Below, piece after piece: positions 30,986 to 34,847 of a stretch of 34,847 nt of DNA. Below the pieces are notes generated by a model that did not search any database, was not told the DNA's origin, and saw nothing but the letters and a program-made list of their open reading frames with translations. How positions within the stretch are numbered: the stretch's first letter is position 1; each line of letters starts with the position of its first letter. Location: sequence record SRR31147125_2715, one strand, 5' to 3'. Position numbers and translations under genes: made by a program.

Positions 30986-33700
30986 TTATACTCCTTCGTA
31001 TTCAGTTCTAGCAATCAATTCATCTTGAACGCCCTTACCAATCTCAACCCAGTACTGTGTAAAACCAGCTACACGTACCATCAAGTCCCGATATCTGTCA
31101 GGATGGTTTTGCGCGTCTACCAACACCTTTGAATCCACAATGTTATACTGAACATGGAAACCGCCTTTTCGCATATAAGCACGGGTTAATTCGAGTAATT
31201 TTTTGGATCCCTCAAGGCCTTTGATAGCACTTGGGTGAATCTTGATATTTAATTGCGAGTTTTGTGACATGGAATGATCCCAGATAGAAGCAGAGTTCAG
31301 GAGCGCAAAAGGACCATTTCTGTCTGTACCGGGATAAGCTGACAGAGAGGCATCAGCAAAGGTTGTTCCTGCCAATCGACCATCGATCGTGGCAACTGTA
31401 GCCGCACCCATGGCGCCATGTGTGGATACGGAAATCTGGCATGGATACATCGGATGAGCATAAAGTGATTCATAGTTGGAACAATCCGGACAGAAAAAGT
31501 TCTCCCATTCGAGAAGAATATTATCAACGTAAGGATCGTCATTTCCATATTTTGGTGCCTGCAAAGTCTTGAAATGCAACTTGTCATACTTGCCATCACT
31601 GTCTGCTCTTTTTTCCTGATCGGAAATAGAGAAAGAATTAACTTCCTGTGCAGTCTTGAAGCCAAAGTTCTCTTTCAAGGCGACTTTCATTTCGTCAAGT
31701 GATACTTCTTTATCATCGAAAACCAGTTTTTTAAGAGCAGCCATACTGTTAACAAAAGTAATGGTTCCGGCACTTTCCACATTAAATGTGGCGTTGTAGC
31801 GGTAACCAAGCTCATTAATCAGGTGGCCGGTATCCAGACAATCTGGTTTAAGCAATGACGTAATGATCGCCATATTATTTTTTCTCCAGATATCATGCTG
31901 GATATTGTTGGTCAGGGCCAACACATCAACGGTTTCCTGCCAGTACAATTTGTACTGTTCCCAAATTTCTTCATATGTTTCGAATTTTTTGTTATGTGGT
32001 TCGAAAACCTGTTCACCGGTTTTTTGATCAACACCGTTAAAAAGTGTTAATTCCAGTACTTTTGGCATGGAAATAAAGTGAACACCAACGCTGGTAGGTT
32101 GTCCTGCACCGCCAGGAATCCAGTATTCTTTGCCATTCAAGTGTAAAGGTTTCCAGGTACATGGAGATGTTTCCAGACATCCACCGATAGCCCAGGCGCG
32201 AGCGTCTTCAACATCCATACCTTCCGGACCATATTGTGTCTTTAAAAATTCCTGCGCGATAGGACTGTTCATAAATGCAGGATAGCCGGCACCTGTTTTG
32301 ATAACTTCCATAGCCAACATTAAGAAATCTTCGGGAAGTTTTTCATCATATAACAGAGCGATTGTGGACTGTGGCATGGCGTTATTTGCAGCTGCTTCCA
32401 GAATCAGGTACTCCAGTCTGTTAGTAGCAGGTTTGCCGAATTTATCCAAACCACCGACAGAGACGGTGTTAAAAGTATTTCCGGAGAGCACACCACCGAC
32501 AACACCGACAGAGGCAAAACAGTCGATCGATGTTTTAACAACACGATCCTGTTCCAACAGTTCAAGAACCTCATCTTCGATAATTCTGCCAGCTTCAATA
32601 TCCTGTTCAAAATAAGGATACAGTACCTGTCCGATTCTACCAGGAGACATACCGGAAATGGCGTCTTCATTCAACACAGCCAGATGAATGGTTTCAATCA
32701 TCTGGAAAGCTTCAATAAAGGTTCTTGCTGGTTTATAAGCAAGCCATTCCAGGCGTTCGGCCATTTCTTTATATTCTTTTTTCTGTTGTTCGTCTTTTTC
32801 AATGCCTTCCAGTCGACGAGCTTCTTTAGCATAATTGAGGATCCAATTCTGCAAGCCTTGCATAGCAAGAATAACAGCTTCGTAATTATACAGACGATTC
32901 GTACCCACCATACCATCACCATCTGCTCGACCAGCGACTTTGTCTTTCATCTCCTGGGCTATTTTGATAATACCTTCAATACCATATTCCAGGGGATAAT
33001 AGTAATTAATTACTTCACGACCCTGTGGCAGAGTAAAACCGGAATCAAACATACAGACGATATTACGCATAATTTTTTCTTTGGTGCTGTAATTTGGCAC
33101 CATTTTCTCATATTTGTTGCCCAAATCGTCAACAGATTTTCCATACCACATTCTGGCCAATTTTAACAGAGCGGGAATTTCTTCCTGGCGCATACCGAAT
33201 TTACCAGCAATAGAAACCACTTTACCAAAACTCTTTGGTACATTTCCGCCACCCTGTCCGAATTTAGAGTGTTCATCTACGGATGCAGAACCACGTTTTA
33301 AAGCTTCCTGGTAAAATTCATCTTCCTTGGCCATGTAAAATCCCTCAGACAACCATGGCATCGGAAATGAGCCGCGAAAATAAGGAGCTTTACGCATGGT
33401 CAAAAGTTCGCCCGGAATAATAACCGGGGTTGAATGAGAAAAGGCAGCCTTTAGTGCCATTGCTCTTCGTACCACAGGAACTTCATTGTCATGTAACATA
33501 TATTCGCGTGTGTACCAATAAGGGAATTCATTACTTGCTGAGGACAGTGTGTCCATAAAAATATCTTTCAGCTTTTGAACGCGTAGATGCGGTTCCCTTT
33601 TAATCTCGCGATCCGTCAGCGCTTCCGGGGCTTTTCCACCAGCCTGAAAATCCATTGGAATACCGGCATCGGCCATAACATCTTTTAGTGTCTTAGCCAT
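30986..33700 (-). CDS. hpdB: 4-hydroxyphenylacetate decarboxylase glycyl-radical large subunit
   Basis: Gly loop [12 protein letters not shown], Cys loop GGCLETSP, and HpdB-specific blocks [49 protein letters not shown] and [17 protein letters not shown]. Confidence 0.95.
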   Translation of the reverse strand: MAKTLKDVMADAGIPMDFQAGGKAPEALTDREIKREPHLRVQKLKDIFMDTLSSASNEFPYWYTREYMLHDNEVPVVRRAMALKAAFSHSTPVIIPGELLTMRKAPYFRGSFPMPWLSEGFYMAKEDEFYQEALKRGSASVDEHSKFGQGGGNVPKSFGKVVSIAGKFGMRQEEIPALLKLARMWYGKSVDDLGNKYEKMVPNYSTKEKIMRNIVCMFDSGFTLPQGREVINYYYPLEYGIEGIIKIAQEMKDKVAGRADGDGMVGTNRLYNYEAVILAMQGLQNWILNYAKEARRLEGIEKDEQQKKEYKEMAERLEWLAYKPARTFIEAFQMIETIHLAVLNEDAISGMSPGRIGQVLYPYFEQDIEAGRIIEDEVLELLEQDRVVKTSIDCFASVGVVGGVLSGNTFNTVSVGGLDKFGKPATNRLEYLILEAAANNAMPQSTIALLYDEKLPEDFLMLAMEVIKTGAGYPAFMNSPIAQEFLKTQYGPEGMDVEDARAWAIGGCLETSPCTWKPLHLNGKEYWIPGGAGQPTSVGVHFISMPKVLELTLFNGVDQKTGEQVFEPHNKKFETYEEIWEQYKLYWQETVDVLALTNNIQHDIWRKNNMAIITSLLKPDCLDTGHLINELGYRYNATFNVESAGTITFVNSMAALKKLVFDDKEVSLDEMKVALKENFGFKTAQEVNSFSISDQEKRADSDGKYDKLHFKTLQAPKYGNDDPYVDNILLEWENFFCPDCSNYESLYAHPMYPCQISVSTHGAMGAATVATIDGRLAGTTFADASLSAYPGTDRNGPFALLNSASIWDHSMSQNSQLNIKIHPSAIKGLEGSKKLLELTRAYMRKGGFHVQYNIVDSKVLVDAQNHPDRYRDLMVRVAGFTQYWVEIGKGVQDELIARTEYEGV

Positions 33701-33779
33701 TTAACTACCTCCTGTTAATTAGTTCTTCAAATCGTTTCTCGGTTCCATATGAGAGCCTTTGTAAATAATGCCATCCCTT

Positions 33780-33796
33780 ATTCACAAATTATGCCA
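33780..33796 (-). promoter_or_regulatory. sigma54 (-24/-12) promoter candidate for hpdB
   Basis: TGGCATAATTTGTGAAT: good -24 element, deviant -12 (GA for GC). The adjacent regulator is a sigma54 activator. Confidence 0.55.
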
Positions 33797-33826
33797 CAAT
33801 AATTTTGCGCACCTTATTTAACATAT

Positions 33827-33839
33827 TATCAACAACTTG
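33827..33839 (+). promoter_or_regulatory. IHF-binding site
   Basis: TATCAACAACTTG exactly matches WATCAANNNNTTR and lies between the promoter and the activator sites. Confidence 0.6.
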
Positions 33840-33879
33840 CAGAAAAAAATATTTTTACAATAACGACTTTTTTTTCAGG

Positions 33880-34044
33880 TGTCTTCAAACGTGACACTTT
33901 TTTATATTTTTGATGATTAGGTTAACATATTCAAATTCAAGCTTAAGGTGCTTTTAATTATTACTTTACACTGTTTTCTTATGAGTCCTTGATAATTTTC
34001 CTCTCACCTGTCTATGTACGTGACACCTGTCATGATCATAGACA
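33880..34044. promoter_or_regulatory. Three TGTC-N9-GACA palindromes (putative activator binding sites)
   Basis: Sites at 33880-33896, 34009-34025 and 34028-34044; the first two share ACGTGACAC. Confidence 0.7.
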
Positions 34045-34197
34045 AATTTTATTGGAAAACGACTTTTCAGCTCTATTTTGGGTTAGAATTCATGTATTAT
34101 GTGTGTTGGCTACCATTAGCAGGTAAAAAAAACTTTTAAATGTTCAACAAAAAGAGTATATTTGCAGAATTCAGTTTAGTTAAAATGGGTTATTAAA

Positions 34198-34847
34198 ATG
34201 CCTGTCGCTAAATATCATTTATTAAAAAACATTGCCGAGAATAAAAATCTCATACGAAAAATTCTGGATGTTTCAGCTGACGGTTTAATGGTTGTAAACC
34301 GTGAGGGAATTATTGTTTATGTCAATCAAAGTTTTGTTGACATTCACAAGATACCGGAAAAAGAGGCTGTCGGACGACACGTAACTAAAATAGTCGAAAA
34401 CACACGTATGCATTTCGTTGCCGAAACAGGTATAGCTGAAACGGATGCCATACAAACCATCCACGGCCGGGAAGTGATTGTTTCCAGAATTCCGCTTATT
34501 GAGGGCGATGAATGTATCGGCGCGGTTGGGAAAATCCGTTTTCTGGATGTTGGTGAAGTAAAAGACCTGACTGAAAGAGTTAATAAAATTGAAAAGCAAT
34601 TAAAGCAAACCCCTCTAAAACATACTGATACCCATTATACCTTCGCTGATATTGTCGCTTTTTCCGCTACAAGTTTAAATGCAAAAAAATCTGCTTATCG
34701 TTCTGCCACGTGTGATGCCTCTGTTCTTTTACTTGGTGAAAGTGGTGTTGGTAAAGAAGTGTACGCCCACAGTATCCATAATTTAAGCAAACGCAACAAG
34801 GGCCCGTTCATACGTTTGAATTGTTCAGCAATCCAGCAGGAACTTTT
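34198..34847 (+). CDS. PAS-domain sigma54-dependent transcriptional activator, truncated by the window end
   Basis: Absent from the ORF track. MPVAKY...[25 protein letters not shown] (PAS), then YTFADIV and [19 protein letters not shown]...[11 protein letters not shown] (AAA+). Confidence 0.93.
   Translation, partial: MPVAKYHLLKNIAENKNLIRKILDVSADGLMVVNREGIIVYVNQSFVDIHKIPEKEAVGRHVTKIVENTRMHFVAETGIAETDAIQTIHGREVIVSRIPLIEGDECIGAVGKIRFLDVGEVKDLTERVNKIEKQLKQTPLKHTDTHYTFADIVAFSATSLNAKKSAYRSATCDASVLLLGESGVGKEVYAHSIHNLSKRNKGPFIRLNCSAIQQEL

Noticed and set aside
30986-33700. Novel-substrate glycyl-radical enzyme (indoleacetate or phenylacetate decarboxylase, or PFL)
   Set aside because: Sequence blocks, active-site residues and the small subunit match HpdB closely; there is no PFL Cys-Cys pair.
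34285-34599. 104-aa minus-strand ORF
   Set aside because: Antisense to the sigma54 activator CDS.

Overview
AT-rich bacterial DNA, probably from an anaerobic diderm: it encodes outer-membrane barrels, a secretin, a lipoprotein and a glycyl-radical enzyme. An FCB/KSB1/Calditrichota-like origin is only a guess. From left to right the window holds: (1) a PrkA/YeaG kinase missed by the ORF track, an orphan PAS-GAF-PAS HisKA_2 kinase and a single-Cys DksA/TraR protein; (2) an isolated TIR-GAF-like-EAL fusion; (3) a porin plus flavinylated FMN-binding protein, then ppk2; (4) an unknown minus-strand cluster with a split MerR-like HTH, a MEDS-like protein and an internally duplicated protein; (5) a broken bile acid:Na+ symporter gene, then an XRE-cupin regulator and acyl-CoA synthetase; (6) six co-oriented unrelated genes whose five consecutive junctions each carry a ~60-nt palindromic repeat; (7) a complete 4-hydroxyphenylacetate decarboxylase locus (hpdB-hpdC-MFS-hpdA-porin-DUF4125) with a divergent PAS sigma54 activator and a readable promoter, IHF site and activator sites. 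The most notable items are an HpdC that has lost all ligands of its N-terminal Fe-S cluster, the transport-equipped hpd operon in a diderm, the TIR-EAL fusion, the repeat-punctuated gene array, and a recurring leader motif plus terminator. All assignments come from motif recognition by eye; no searches were run.
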